A stretch of 58,559 bases of DNA, counting the filler, from Sphacelaria rigidula (lineage: Eukaryota), in the NCBI GenBank assembly GCA_964200075.2. It is 3 parts of 3 records of this genome, joined end to end, with 100 filler letters (N's around TTAATTAATTAA, not from the genome) between each part and the next. Parts side by side here need not be neighbours in the genome. Positions count along the whole stretch, not along the records: positions 19,566 to 39,015 come from CAXNAA020000668.1; positions 39,116 to 58,559 come from CAXNAA020000669.1; 1 more part is not named here. The stretch is one strand, 5' to 3'. The notes beneath the pieces are model-generated. The model saw only the letters and a list, made by a program, of their open reading frames with translations. It had not been told where the DNA came from and did no database searches. Shown piece by piece: positions 37,870-50,785 of this stretch (the stretch's first letter is position 1; every line of letters begins with the position of its first letter). The translations under genes and the position numbers were made by a program.

Positions 37870-38224
37870 GTATTGTGTGAGAACGTGTGACGTGATTTAC
37901 GTATCAAAATAGCGTTCGGATGTTCAATGTCGCTCCCACGTAATATCCGCTCTTCCCCTGCCCTCTGAGGTCGTAATCGATGTTTCAAATATATGATTAT
38001 TAATAAGCGAACACAAGAGCATATCCCAGAGTGTTAACATCTGGCTCATCCAATATCACAAGTTCACTTTCTAGTATCACTCTATGGGCTGATCTCTCAC
38101 GTTTTGAATTTTCCTCGCTGTATTCCTCCCCTGTCAGCGACATGAGAACGCCCACCCCCCTGTCAGCGACCCGTGAAGAGTCTACTGGGCACAACAGGTT
38201 TTACGCGAGTAGCTCGATTTCAGC

Positions 38225-38275
38225 AGGGTTAGGGTCAGGGTTGGCTAACCCTAACCCTAATCCAAACCCAAACCT
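38225..38275. repeat. inverted interstitial telomere-like repeats
   Basis: AGGGTTAGGGTCAGGGTTGG followed directly by CTAACCCTAACCCTAATCCAAACCCAAACC. Confidence 0.8.
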
Positions 38276-39015
38276 TGCACATGGCGAAATGTGACTGTTT
38301 TCATAGGTGGCTGTAGATTGAGTCATTCCGAGGTGACTTTTTTCACTTGCCCGTCTTTTCACGCAAAACATTTTGTCGAAGGGCCGAAGCAGGCGCTTCC
38401 GAGAAAAAAAGCTGCTCTTCCCACATAAAGTGGCCTTGGCCATTTTTCTCTGGGGATGCAGAATTTTTGCCGATGTGTTTTTTAGCATGTCTCCTATCGG
38501 CCCTCAGAGCGATTTTCTTGTGTTTTCATGCCCCCATCCTATATCCAACATCCTCAGAGCTCACGACTGGGCTTTGAAGACATTGGCTGCGGGGCAGCGG
38601 TATGACAGCACGAGAAAATCGCCCTGAGGACCGATATTAGTCTTGCTAAAATCAAATCAAGACAGAAAAAGATCCGCATCCCTGTGGCAGATGGCCTTGC
38701 ATGCAATATGATTCGGTATCATTTGGACATATTGCGCGCGTCACTTTACAGTAGAGGCTGAGCCCCACGACGAAAAGACTTCGATGCGGCGTAAATGCAA
38801 CCGTCGAAAAACGATGTCGCCGAGGTTGTATCCTGACCGTAGAGAATAAATATCTCCAGACTTGCGAAATAAACAAAAACCCTAACGGACCGTTGAATGA
38901 GAGGCCCAGATTATTTTTCTTTTATTCAGTCTTTGCCGAGCACCCCCCGCAACCAGTACTTCCCTATACCCCGAACGCACGCACTCCACAACATTGTGAT
39001 GCATATCCCGTGGTC

Positions 39016-39115
39016 NNNNNNNNNNNNNNNNNNNNNNNNNNNNNNNNNNNNNNNNNNNNTTAATTAATTAANNNNNNNNNNNNNNNNNNNNNNNNNNNNN
39101 NNNNNNNNNNNNNNN
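39016..39115. other. assembly gap with artificial TTAATTAATTAA linker
   Basis: Same N-run/12-mer/N-run construct as 19466-19565. Confidence 0.95.
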
Positions 39116-39236
39116 AAACCCCCGCGCGCCCCGCCCCGGCTTTGGAGGGGGGCGGTCTTATTAATGTGGCACGCATAACCAAGAGTCCCCCCCCCCCCCC
39201 CCCCCCCAACTTCCGCCGACCTGATCCTCTCACAAG

Positions 39237-39324
39237 GGAACTTCGACCGTCGGCCATCGCTGAGAGTCGCGGCACCGGGCTTGTAGTGGACAACTGCGAA
39301 AATGTCTGGGTTCGACGCCACGCC
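39237..39324 (+). CDS. beta-helix-like protein, internal exon (5' exons missing)
   Basis: CACAAG| acceptor and GCC|GTGAGT donor. Encodes ELRPSAIAESRGTGLVVDNCENVWVRRHA, in phase with the next exon. Confidence 0.7.
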
Positions 39325-39724
39325 GTGAGTATTCGCGATAACCGTACGTGCCTTTTCGATGTGGCAAACGTGAATGCGGGGTTGGTGTCAACCATGGTAA
39401 TTATCGCGGTAGCCATGTAAGGGCAGCAGTACACGAGTCATACGCTATCGAGTTTTGCACGGGGTACTCCACATAATATTATTTCACAACTGTATGCTTC
39501 CCTTCTGCGTACGTGGGGAAGCACTGATGGAAAAACAGCTACCCGAACCTACGATGGCGAACGTTTGACTTGTGTGGAGTTGCAAGGTGAAGTGTGCCGG
39601 ACTGTTCATGTCTTCGTCCACCAACTGCACAGTAGCCAACCACGGCGATGTGTCCCCGGTGTACCAGCATGTGTGAGGTTGTGTACCGTATCGTGACAGC
39701 GGCAGCATTAGCAGTTCAGGAGTA

Positions 39725-40276
39725 CAGTAGTGGGCGGTCTAATTATTCAGCGGTGTTTTGGGGCTTTGCTTGCGTACTACTCTTCGATAGAAGTTGAAAT
39801 TGTTAGCATCGGTATATTTTGTTACAGCAAACGGATGATCCTCGAAATACAGTGCCCAAGTCAGCGTTAGTTGGTGCTATTGGGCGATACGAGTAAATAC
39901 CCCGTTCATCAGGAGGGTGTTACCGACCGTGAAACACAGTCTTTCGGCTCTAGTGCAATGAGTGGGTAAAATTTGAAAAAAATATAAAACTGTACATTTC
40001 TCTATAAACATGATCGGGACAGGCTTGATCGACCGAAAATACCGAAGAGTGAGAATCTGAGCTGAAACGTGGCAGGACCCCCGATGACCAGTCAGCCCGT
40101 AAGTCACTGAATATTAGGTACAGATGATTTGATTTTCTTCAAATGTCGAGGGAGTACAAATACTTAGGAGTTCCCAACGTGATGAGCGGTGGCAAGCGGG
40201 AAGAGCCGAAGAAAATCGCCAATTACGGAAAAATCACAAAATGCCAAAAAATGAATAGTTAGACCGCCTACTACTG
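39725..40276. mobile_element. intact Tc1/mariner-type MITE in an intron (copy 2)
   Basis: TIRs CAGTAGTGGGCGGTCTAATTATTCA and TGAATAGTTAGACCGCCTACTACTG, flanked by TA on both sides. Confidence 0.85.
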
Positions 40277-40462
40277 TAGTGGTAATAGATACTGCGACGG
40301 CTGCACGAGTAGCGTGCTGTCACCGCACGCGGTCTGTCCATCTCATCACTAATCAATAACTCGCAAAATTGTGTGGCACGCGTATTGGAAAGGTCCTCTA
40401 TGTTTTAGCGGTTTCCACTGAACTGGAATGCGGTGTGAAAAACGCTTGGTTCAAATGCCCAG

Positions 40463-40655
40463 ATGTACAACAACGGCGAGGCGGGAATCCATATCGTGGG
40501 GTCCTCGAACTTCACGTTCGAAGCCACCATCGCCTCGGCGCTGACAGAAGGGGATGGCTTGGTCGGCAGCCTTGACGGCCAACAGCCGATCGAGATCATT
40601 GTCGAAAGCTCTGCGCTGGTCACTTTCCAGGACATGAAGGTCGTCTCGAACAACG
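40463..40655 (+). CDS. beta-helix-like protein, internal exon
   Basis: CCCAG| acceptor and G|GTGAGC donor. MYNNGEAGIHIVGSSNFTFE...IEIIVESSALVTFQDMKVVSNN has the NN...GI.I..S.N.T pattern of parallel beta-helix repeats. Confidence 0.78.
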
Positions 40656-41217
40656 GTGAGCTACGGTTGTCTTGTAGGTGATGTTGCGAGTACTGGTCCG
40701 CTAGTACCAAGTACTACCGAGTACATTAACAAGAGATGCAGGCTGGGGTTGCAGGTTCGGGAGAATTGGGGTCGAAGAAATCGAGCACGTCAGCTCTCGC
40801 GAGGCTGATGTAATTAGATAAGCAATCGCATGTCGAACGTGCGAAGCAGATCATATGCTACGGTCTTATCCGGCGGCAGCGGTAGCGGTTCCGGTGAAAC
40901 TGCATGCGCATATGCATGTTTAGTCCGGGCTAAGATCGGAGGCAAGGTCTTCAGTCCCACCAACTCGAAGGCAGCGGCGACCACGGTCGGCTGTCGCCAC
41001 GCCGCCGAAACTTGTGTAACCATTGAAACGAATTCATCGACATGTGACAACGGAGATCTTGTGTCTAGAAAATGGATTAAGACTATGTAATGCAGCTATT
41101 GTACACCTTACCGTTGTAGCTGTTCGCGTAACCAGCATCATTTGCCCCTCGCAACTTGTCCCGCGTCACTGCATTTTATTGATTACCGCCAACCTTCAAC
41201 GGGTGCTGAAACAACAG

Positions 41218-41309
41218 AGCCTGTGATTACCGTTTCAGCGGACAGTTCTTCGGTTTCGTGCAACAACTGCGGTTTCTCCAGCGTAGAGGCTGGTACTTGC
41301 GTCATTCAG
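41218..41309 (+). CDS. beta-helix-like protein, penultimate exon
   Basis: AACAG| acceptor and CAG|GTAAAT donor, phase 1 in and phase 0 out. Encodes EPVITVSADSSSVSCNNCGFSSVEAGTCVIQ. Confidence 0.72.
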
Positions 41310-42152
41310 GTAAATTCGCGACGAACAGGGCTGCAAAATATGTTCTCATCTGTCGATTGTGCGGTGCATTGTGGTAGGTCCTTTTTGAGAACGTGAATTG
41401 ATTCTGCGTTTGACGCTGGAGTTGTTCTTCCTTCGAGTATACGCATGACGGTGTCGGCACGGGCGACGATCGAGAAATGCGCCACACCCCGCTGTGACCA
41501 AAAGCACCACAGACACCTCACCGTGGCCAAGTGGAGAGCGTTGCCGCACGCTTGCTACACCCATGAACCAACCCTGGATTATTCCACTGAATTTGTGCTT
41601 TACGCTTTGGCGTCTTGGTCGGCACCATTCGGATACTCGGCTGCATTGTTACGCATTTGGCGTAGCGCGTGCGGTACCTGTGACGTAGACAAGGACTATT
41701 TTGTTAAGCGCGCCTTCAGTAGACAGCGATCGGCAGAGTCCTGCACCAAGGTGCACAGAGTCATGTGCGGCAGTACTGTCTCAAACATTTGTACTAGTTA
41801 CGACCCTGTTTCCCTGCACGAAGTACCCCGCGGAGCCGGCAACATGCCGTGTAATCCCCGTCTTTCTCCCAGCGGTACGCGCTCGCCTGGCTTCTGGTGG
41901 GGGTTACATGAGTGAAGCGGAGCAAGGAAACTGTCTGCCACGGTTGGAAAAAACCAAACGACTGCGGTCAAGCTATAGCACCCACACCATCACTACGACA
42001 GTGTACCATTGGCCAAAAACAGAAGAAGCAGGGAAGTCCAGAGTGATGAATGGCTCATTGTTTTGCACCCCGTGTCTACGTCTCCCACCTTCCTCCACGC
42101 CTCTTAACCGCGTTTGAACCCCCCCACCTGCCTCTCATGTACGATGTCACAG

Positions 42153-42227
42153 ACGGAGGACCCCACCGTCGTCAGCGCTGTGGACGATGAACTTACGCTC
42201 GACGGCACTTGCTACGTCAAGGTCTAA
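42153..42227 (+). CDS. beta-helix-like protein, terminal exon
   Basis: TCACAG| acceptor. Encodes TEDPTVVSAVDDELTLDGTCYVKV followed by TAA. Confidence 0.7.
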   Translation, partial: TEDPTVVSAVDDELTLDGTCYVKV

Positions 42228-43284
42228 ATGCGGCTGATATGCCAAGATTAGCAGCGCTGTGACAGGAGAAGGTCTGCAGGCAACTGTTTCGTCAACGTGT
42301 GGGGATGCAAACCCTACAGAATGAATGTATCATGGTCGTGAAGCCGCTACCGTAGAATTAACTTGGAAGTATTTGAGTCGGAGTAAGGATATGCTTCACT
42401 AATATATTGCACACGAACCAGTGCAGATTGCCCAGAAAAAATGCCTTATGTAACGTACATTTGTATAAACGGACGGCGCAAGGACGATATGGTGCGAGAA
42501 CCATATGCAAAACTTCAAAGCGTGAAGCTATCGGCACTCTCTCTTGGCAGGGGAGAAGGGAGATCATGGTATATGATGGATTTTCATCCAAGTGAGGGTA
42601 GTTGAGCATCCACAAGCGGTGGCATATGGATGGGAAATTACGTCACAGCGAAAGCCTTTATATGGGCCTTTTTTCGGAGCGCGCGCGGGGGGAGGGGGGG
42701 GCAGGCGGGGGGGGATACTCTCAATCCTCGCAATTAGGCTTAGACCCCTGAAACTGAAGTCGGTTTATCGGTTGAGAGTATGATGGTGGACTTGGAATGA
42801 GCGGGCACACTGTTTCCAATAGATTGGTACGAGTTGACCACGAGCTACAACTACCGGTGCGACCCATCCGCGCGGTGGAGAGAATGTACGCTTGGGCAGG
42901 TTCCGCTTTATTTTCAGCTGCAGGGTGTTGGCTCACACATACTGAGCTCTGATCATGCAAAAGGGAATTTCATTGCTTTCGCGTCTCGTGATGTTGCTGA
43001 CTTCCAGGGAAAAAATTCAAGACGACCCTACTGTACGGTCATGCATATTTTGCACAACAAGTTGGTACGAGTGCCGGACCACTGCATTGATGGATGAATT
43101 GGTACGCGTCGGTACGTGCCTGGTCTGTGATTGGATACATGGGATCAATTGCTACGGGTTATGCAACAGTATATATATAGTGACTGTTCGTGTTCAGTCC
43201 TTCAGTGGACGGATCTTGAGAATGCTCTGTGCACGGGTGAAGAGCAACAGGTATTGCATGGTTGATTGGTACAGTAGTCGTGCA

Positions 43285-45570
43285 TATGATTATACTCCTT
43301 GATCCTTCTTGTTTATATCCATTCGGGCTGCTTGGGACCGTGCTTGTGATCCAAGCCATGCTCCACTGTGTGCCGAGTCGAGTATGGCACGTCGCCTATG
43401 ACCTGCGGTCTGCGCAATACTAGTAGGAAAAACGTCTCAACACGCTAGCGTTCCTTGGATGTTCCGCTACTAACTGGGGATAAAATAGGGCCGGCGTCGA
43501 AGCAGCGCGTCAATCGTAGCCCGAACAAAGCGAAGAAACAACTGGTGGTTCACTGGTACATTTGGTGCAGTTCGCCCTGAAATGTGGTGACGGATGTACA
43601 GCCGCAACGGAATGAGAGTCTCTGACGGTAGCCCATGCATGAAACCAGTGGAGGCACTGCGAGACCGTCCAGCGCTGGAGGTGTCGGTACTTGGCAGGAC
43701 CAGACCAGATGTCACATCGACAGAGACGGGATGAGCCTTTCCAGATAAAGAAGGGGGCAGGTCACCCTTCTCGAGGCTTGGCGACAAGCGTGGATGAGGT
43801 GTCATTGCGGCCGCCGGAATCCAGGAGCTGGCGAAGACGGGAAAGGAAGTGCTACCGGCAAGGATGGAACAGGCACCGAAAACAGCCATCGGGTCGGCTT
43901 CTATGAGCCGGTTCCTGGGTCTCTGGCGGAGGCTACAGAAAATGGAAACGGCGTTGGGCTTACAAAGAGCCACGGTGCTGTCATTGTGCTTGCGAGACTG
44001 TCTGTGCCATATGCTGTGGAACGGGACTTTTTATGTGAACAAGTAAAAATCCTTCAAGACATATTGGTTGGTTTTGTGGGCTATATTTATATATATATAA
44101 TATATATATATGTGGAGGTGGTGCATTTCGGACGGGTAGTTCGTTAGCAAGGAAGTATCTCGTAGTCCTCTTTCACCCGAGTATGGCAGCTCACCATGTT
44201 TTGGGTAAGGAGTTCCGTGTGACCAGTAAACGCGAAATTACCTCGGATTAGAGTACGAAAGTAGCAATAAACACACGGTTAGCAGAGCTGATGGGACTTT
44301 CGTCTGGTGAGTACAGGGACGGATGATCTGTGGTCTAACGAAGGCTGAAATCTAATCATCGCGAGGCGTCAAGGGTGGGGCATTTGTGGAAGTCCGCCGT
44401 GTCCGGTATGGCATTGTTCTCATAGGTTGACGGATCCAAGATTGGGAAATTCACAACAGTAGGTAGTCAGCGTCAAGGGCCACTTAAAAATGTCTCTTGA
44501 GACGTGTGTTGAGCGACTGTGCACGGTTCCTCTGAAGAGGGAGGGGCGGTACCGTCACTAGAAGCAGCGTAGTCGGAGAAACATCTCTGCCGAAGTTAGA
44601 GAGTAGGGAAGTGTAAAGCTGTCGCTTGAGGGTAGGTCAAGCGAGGTAATGCTCGTGAGAGTTCAGGCGTACTAAGTGAGTTTCAAAAGGGGTCGGGATT
44701 AGCGAGAGACACGTTCGCACTCGTGTTCAGAGTGTAGTGAAGTACTCGTATTTATGACCGCCATGTTTCGGATGGGCCTAAGGTTGAACTTGATCAGAGA
44801 GAAATCCTCCGCGAGCTTAGAGTGTAGTGACGTACTCATATGATACTATTTTTGGTATGGGCCTACGGTTGAAGGAAGCACTCGTTAGAGGACAGGCTGC
44901 GGTGAGGGTAAGTTGGAAACATCGAAGGTTTGGGGAACAGAGGCCCACGTTCGAGCAAGAACGTACTGAAACGTGATACTGAAATGTCATTTTTCGGGCT
45001 TGGTCAAACGAAAAGGACGTTCATGATGAATGTCAAATCTGATCGCGATTTTTTGTTTTCAGGCACTAGTAGTTTTCGGTCGATTCAGACAGAGATGTTG
45101 GATTTCAGAACGTCTGGTGCACATAGTGAATGGAACTTGCATGTGCACATTGTGCACCTGTGTGCGACGCAGGGTAATAACAGGTGGCGTTTTTGCGGAG
45201 CCTGTGCACAGGATTGCTGTACAGAATGTTCGTTTGTGATGATAACAAACGCTGCAGAGAATACTAGACAACAATAGCATTTCGTCGTGGATTATGGGGA
45301 AATTGACAGCGATGGATTCGGTGGTCACGTGATTTTGTTGTTTTCATGTTGGTCGTGGCTGCACATATTCGCGGATTGATTCCATGTGGGAAGATGTTTG
45401 TGATTCGATATATTGGAGCAATTGCTATGGTTTATTCACTCCTTGTTCCCTCCTGTCTCTATCCATCTGAGCTGCTTGGGACTGTGCTTGTGGTTCGAGC
45501 CGTGCTTCACTGTGCACCGCGTCGACAATGACGTACCGCCTATAACCTGCGGTCTACGCAATACTAGTCG
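43285..45570. mobile_element. degenerate element bounded by about 140-bp diverged direct repeats
   Basis: TATCCAT...GCTGCTTGGGAC(C/T)GTGCTTGTG...CGCCTAT(G/A)ACCTGCGGTCT(G/A)CGCAATACTAGT occurs at about 43316-43424 and 45460-45568. Confidence 0.5.
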
Positions 45571-45719
45571 GCGGAATGTATGTATCAAGACCCTGCGCAC
45601 GTTTTAGGTAGCGCGCTAGATAGAAGTGGGTTGGTAATTCTCGGCCCTCCAGGGTAGGGTGGTGGGGGGCACACTAGCTCCTACACGAAACATCTCCACA
45701 CGAATCAAGTCGTCCAACA

Positions 45720-46215
45720 GTTTGGGAGGCAATCTACCTAAACCGAATATGGGTGAGCCAGGTCATTTGATCGTTGACTAGCTGAGGCGAGTTCATTGCA
45801 CTGAGTGTAAAGATAAAAAGTCACTTGATCATAAACTAGCCGAGGCAGGTTACGTAATCTAGGAGTTAGGGAGGCAAGTTACTTGACCTGAATACCGGTG
45901 AGCCAGGCCGCTTGATCTTGGACAAGCTGGGGCAAGTAACCCGGGCTAGGTATAGGTGAACCGAGTCTTATACTAGCTGAGGCAGGCTTTACCTGAGAGT
46001 TGGAGAGGCCAGTAACTAGAGCTGAGTATGGGGGAGCCACGTCTTTTAATCGTACAGTTGAGGAGCCAAGTCACTTGATCTTTTGGCTGGTGAGCCAAGG
46101 CATTCTATTTTAGACTAGCTGAGGCGAGTTACTGGAACAGGGTATGGGGGAACCAAGTCACCTGATTTTGCAGTTAATGCTTGGGTTGGTAAGGCAAGTT
46201 ACCCAAATTTAGCAC
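45720..46215. repeat. degenerate minisatellite
   Basis: Recurrent GAGCCA(A/G)GTCACTTGATC and ACTAGCTGAGGC(A/G)AGTTAC units. Confidence 0.65.
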
Positions 46216-48930
46216 AGCTGCTGCGGCGAAAGAACTCCGTTTCGAAATAAGGAGTTCGAAAACGCGGCTAGATTCTTTCTCCTCCGAGGACGCGCGGGCA
46301 CAGCGTGAGCTCACAGCCGGGCCATGGCCTCTACCGTATAATCATAGACGCCCTAAAGCATTGCAATGCGTCACAATCGAGCGACCATGGTGCGTTGGAT
46401 CTTCTTGCGATAAATAGAGACACCAGAAGAAGCTATCAACCCATCTAACATGTCCACCAACAGAGGATGGTTTCACGACAAAACATATCGGCCCGCCGGG
46501 GGTGGGGCGGGGCTGATCTGGGAGATTTTCCTAGCCTATCCATCCAAGGACGGGAAGTATCAGAACTTGTCGGGACAACACGGGACGGAATCAGATGACC
46601 CGTTCCATATTCGTGCTTTCGCGAATAATGAGCTGCGCCCCGTGAGATTCCGTCCTGTCTACTCCCGCTTTGACGGGGAATACGAACTCCGTCCCGCGAG
46701 ATTTCATTCCATCCTCACAGAAAATTGGGTACCTACACCTGGAAAAAAAACGCGTGGAGACGAAGCTTTTTCAATGGAAAGTCCTAGCGTCAACTCTTCC
46801 GCGCACAAATGAACGGTCGAGGGCAGTTTTGACATACAGCAGGCCTCAATAGCAGTGGAGAGTGTTGTAGACATTGACAGCGGTGCAATCGAACCAAGCC
46901 AAGAGAAACCAGGGACTCAACACGACTGTTGAACCGAGTACCGAAGAAGTCAGCACGCCACCATCGACTCGGATAACCCTAGATAGAATTACTGGTTATA
47001 ACAAATGTCTGCACTTTCGAGCATACTTCGGACGATCGCGCTGCAAAATATAGACAATCATCTGAGAACGGAGTGCGGTTCTTGTATGAACGTATCTCGT
47101 AGTTGACGTAGATTCAAATGGTGCATCCATCATATTTTGTCCATTGAGATTCAGTGGGGAAACGCCGTCTCTTCACGGGATGTCCCGTGAAGTTCTTTCA
47201 GGGTATCCGGTAAAGTATGGGGAGAAAAAATTACAAACACCCCATAAAAGCCAGAGTGTACGTGAGCGCCTTCCCCGTCGCCTGAATAACGACGGATAGG
47301 GAAACTGAAGAGAATGTCGGACCGTGACGAGACTACACGGGAATTGCGACCCTGGATACGCGATAGGACAGGACGGTTACTTTTCCCAGTGGTGGGTGAC
47401 CAAATGGCCCACCGGGACGTGAAGCTTTGAAACATGTCAGAATGGGATGGGATCGGACGAGAATTGTGGCCCTTGAAAATTCATTGGGACGGAATGGGAC
47501 AGACCATCTCATCCTCACAAATATCTCACCAGATTCTCGTCCCATCAAGAGCCCTGAAATCTCCGAATCTATCGGTGCTCGGCGCCAACCAAGTTTTCGG
47601 ATTTTCACGTGAAGGAGGCGGTAGTTTCTTCTTTTCGTTTCGGGCTCTTCCACCAAAGAACGGGCGGGTCGGAAGGGCGGAAAAGTCTCTCGTGCCTCAA
47701 GGGGATCATACTCTCGCGCAGCACCTCTCTCCTGACGAAGTATGCACGTTGTGGTCGAGAGCGTATGTTTCGTGGCAAACCTCTCGCTGCGTAATATGTT
47801 TTTTTGTCTCGTTGTCCGTCCTCGTGTAGGACTATCACGCGGCATTCGATAAGGTCCAAGTGATGGGGACATGTATGTGGCGACCTACAGCACGGGCAGC
47901 AGGCAGTCACAGTCCGACCATGAGGTCGGACGATCTAGTAAAGCTCTAAATGGTAGCATTGCTTCTGTAGATGACGGAATGTGACACGTCCCGCGAGCGC
48001 GTTTGCCATATTTCCCCACCTGACCACGGTATCGGCTCGTATAATCAAATTATCAACAAAAGCAAAACTTGCTTCATGTGGAAAACCGTGGATAATCCTG
48101 TTGAGGCTTGCCACGAAGAATACGCTTTCGATTACAACTTACGACCCCCTGTTTGGGAGAAAAGTACGGGGCGATGTTATAGTGTGCTTAGTACGAGAAG
48201 ACGTTTCATTCTCTCGATCCATCCGTTCGTTCGAGAAAGAGGAGTCGCGAGGCGAGGACATAGAATCCCGCACTGTTCCCTCGAAAAAAGCCCACAAGTT
48301 TGGTGGCGCCGAGGGAAAGCAAACTCGGGAATCTATTTCCGACAGGACATGCCAGGTTCGATCGCCGTTGTGGTCGTTCAAGGGCAAATACGCCGGTAAA
48401 AAATAGATTCTGTGGGTGCCATGCATATTGCTGTTGGTGGGGGTTTGGTGGAGCCGCACCCACTACGTGGGTGCTAGGATCCGCACCTGCCTCGAAAATG
48501 AGGTTGGAGAGACATTTCAGTAAAAAAAAAAGCCGCATGAGAAAAAATGACTTGATCTGGTGTACCTGTCTGTGTAAATCTGTCCTCATTAGGGTACCGT
48601 GTAGAATTGATAAGAGAAACTCTCTTTTCCGCATAGGCCGTATTACTCGAGAATACGTTCCCTCCCCGCGTGGCATGGATGCAGCAAACATGTCATTAAT
48701 TATTTATGTGGCTGAAGAAACCGAACAAGACAGTGTGTGGCTTGTTCTCCCAAATAGCACGGGACCTTACCAATTGCGGATGAATTTCGTTTTGAAAATC
48801 TTGGGAATCTTCATGAGCACCGATTTTTTTTTCCCGAGGCAAATGAACTCTCCGGTCGTGATTATATATGGTCTATGGCTATCGATTCCGTTCTGCATTA
48901 ATATGGCTCATCCTAAAAACAAAAAACATA

Positions 48931-50785
48931 CTAGCTGGTTCATGCTCATCACCCCAAAAACACTTATCGACAGAACTTCACACCGTTCCAAAGAGTTAGA
49001 CGCTGAAAGTGTGCACACATGTTCTATCGGTCATTACGCAACTTCCGAAAGTCGATTTTCTTCCTACTTTGTACTTTTTAACCGTTTTTCGGAGGTCTCA
49101 GTTTTTTGGGGGAAACTTTGATTCAGTCGGACCCCCGTGAAACGGTAAAGCAAACCAAACTGAGAAACCTCGTTCACCTGAAGTTGCGCAATGACCCATA
49201 GCACAGTAGTGCAAAATTTCAGGCTCTAACTCGTTAAAACGGTGTGAGGGTTTTCGCGTTCGTGCGGTGAACTGTGCCGTGCCACGCTGAAACCGCAAAC
49301 TACTTGATTTTAGTATAAAATGGCGTTTTGGGGCCTTCTTTGACGTGAACATGAAAATTCAAGCATCAGTTAGCCGATTTTTGCCACGAAACTTCGAGGG
49401 GGGCATCCTTGGGTTATGCGGCGACATCTCGTCCGCAAAAAAGCTAAAAACAAAATCGCTGTGCCTGTTCTCCGGGGTCCCAGAATGGAGACTACTTCGA
49501 AAAAACGACTTGGATCCCGTCGGACCCCCGATAATAGATTATATTATCCTTGGGTTATGCGGCAACAACTCGTTCGCGAAAAAGTGAAAGAAAAAAAAAA
49601 GACAGTGCCGGCTCTCCGGGGTCCCAGAATGGAGACTACTTCAAAAAAACGACTTGGATATCGTCGGACCCCCGAAAAACAGTAAACCAGTGAAGGAGCA
49701 AAGGAACTCGTCCATCAAAACTTATGTATTGGTCAAAAGCGCCTATGTGCAAAGTTTCAGGGTCCAACTCCAAATAACTGCGTAGAGTAAATTTACTTCT
49801 TATTAGAGTACTGATCCGGATCATGAGCTAGCTCATTTATCCACTATTTCCGTATTATTAGCTCCCGGCAGCGATGGACGCCGAATACGCGGTGTAGCGG
49901 GAAGGTAGCGCTTTGGCTTCTCGGACGCTGCTGTCGCGCGTTTTGTGTTTTTGTACAGTACAATGGAACCAAGAGATCTCTTCGATTAGTAATTTCAGGT
50001 AGCTCATGATCTGTTTGACGTGTGGACGGTTTGCGCGTTTGTGCGAGGACGTGAATTTACGTCAAGGCAAGAAAACCTATCATACCAGTATGATATTTTC
50101 GATTTTCTCGACCGAACTTCGTACATGTGTTCCTTGGACTATTCCGGGACGCATCATGTTATCCTTTTTTCTTATGAGGGATCCTATACCCACCTTCCGG
50201 GGGTCTTCACACTGGGGAACTACCGGAAACCGGTGGAGAACGGAGAAACTTTGCAATCTTGTCAAGAACAAACTTTTCCATGTGGAGGATCAATACCTCC
50301 GGAACTACCAAATTTGAGGCAGATCTGAGCTTTTCTACTCCAGATATAAGAGAAACCGTCACGAGGCCCCCTGGGTCTTTCGTGCGTATCATAGTGGAAA
50401 TAGACGACGCCGAGACTCCACATCACCGAAAAACACGGTTTCGGGTATAACTCGACCCCGTTGTAACCATTTTCAGATATGTGTCCCCTATGAGATTCCC
50501 GAGCTGATGACGGTTACTACGATTCAAAGCATGTGGAGATTTGGAAAAGTGAGCTTGGAATTCGTGTTTTCACTTTCAGAACAGTTTAACACGCGATGAT
50601 TGGTCGGAGTACCTGTTCGCCTTTAGCGCTGCTACCGGCATGGTCCTAAACACAAATCCGGCTATGTCACGCTCTTCAGCTGCTCATGGTGGTCCGTTTG
50701 ATATCATGTATGCGACTATTTAGTAGGTATTACGAACTGCATTCGCTGATGACACAATTTTGGGTGATAAGCGTGAACCAGCTCG
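48931..50785. mobile_element. non-autonomous Tc1/mariner-like TIR element (copy 2)
   Basis: TA|CTAGCTGGTTCATGCTCATCACCCCAAAA ... TTTTGGGTGATAAGCGTGAACCAGCTCG|TA. Colinear with 29506-31010, with an internal tandem duplication of about 140 bp (49405-49680). Confidence 0.82.

Noticed and set aside
36412..42227. single gene joining the 36412 exon to the beta-helix exons
   Set aside because: An artificial linker lies between them, the phases are incompatible (0 versus 2), and the sequence character differs.
48300..49121. 273-aa plus-strand ORF
   Set aside because: It crosses the boundary of a TIR element at 48931 and has no recognisable motif, so it is probably spurious.
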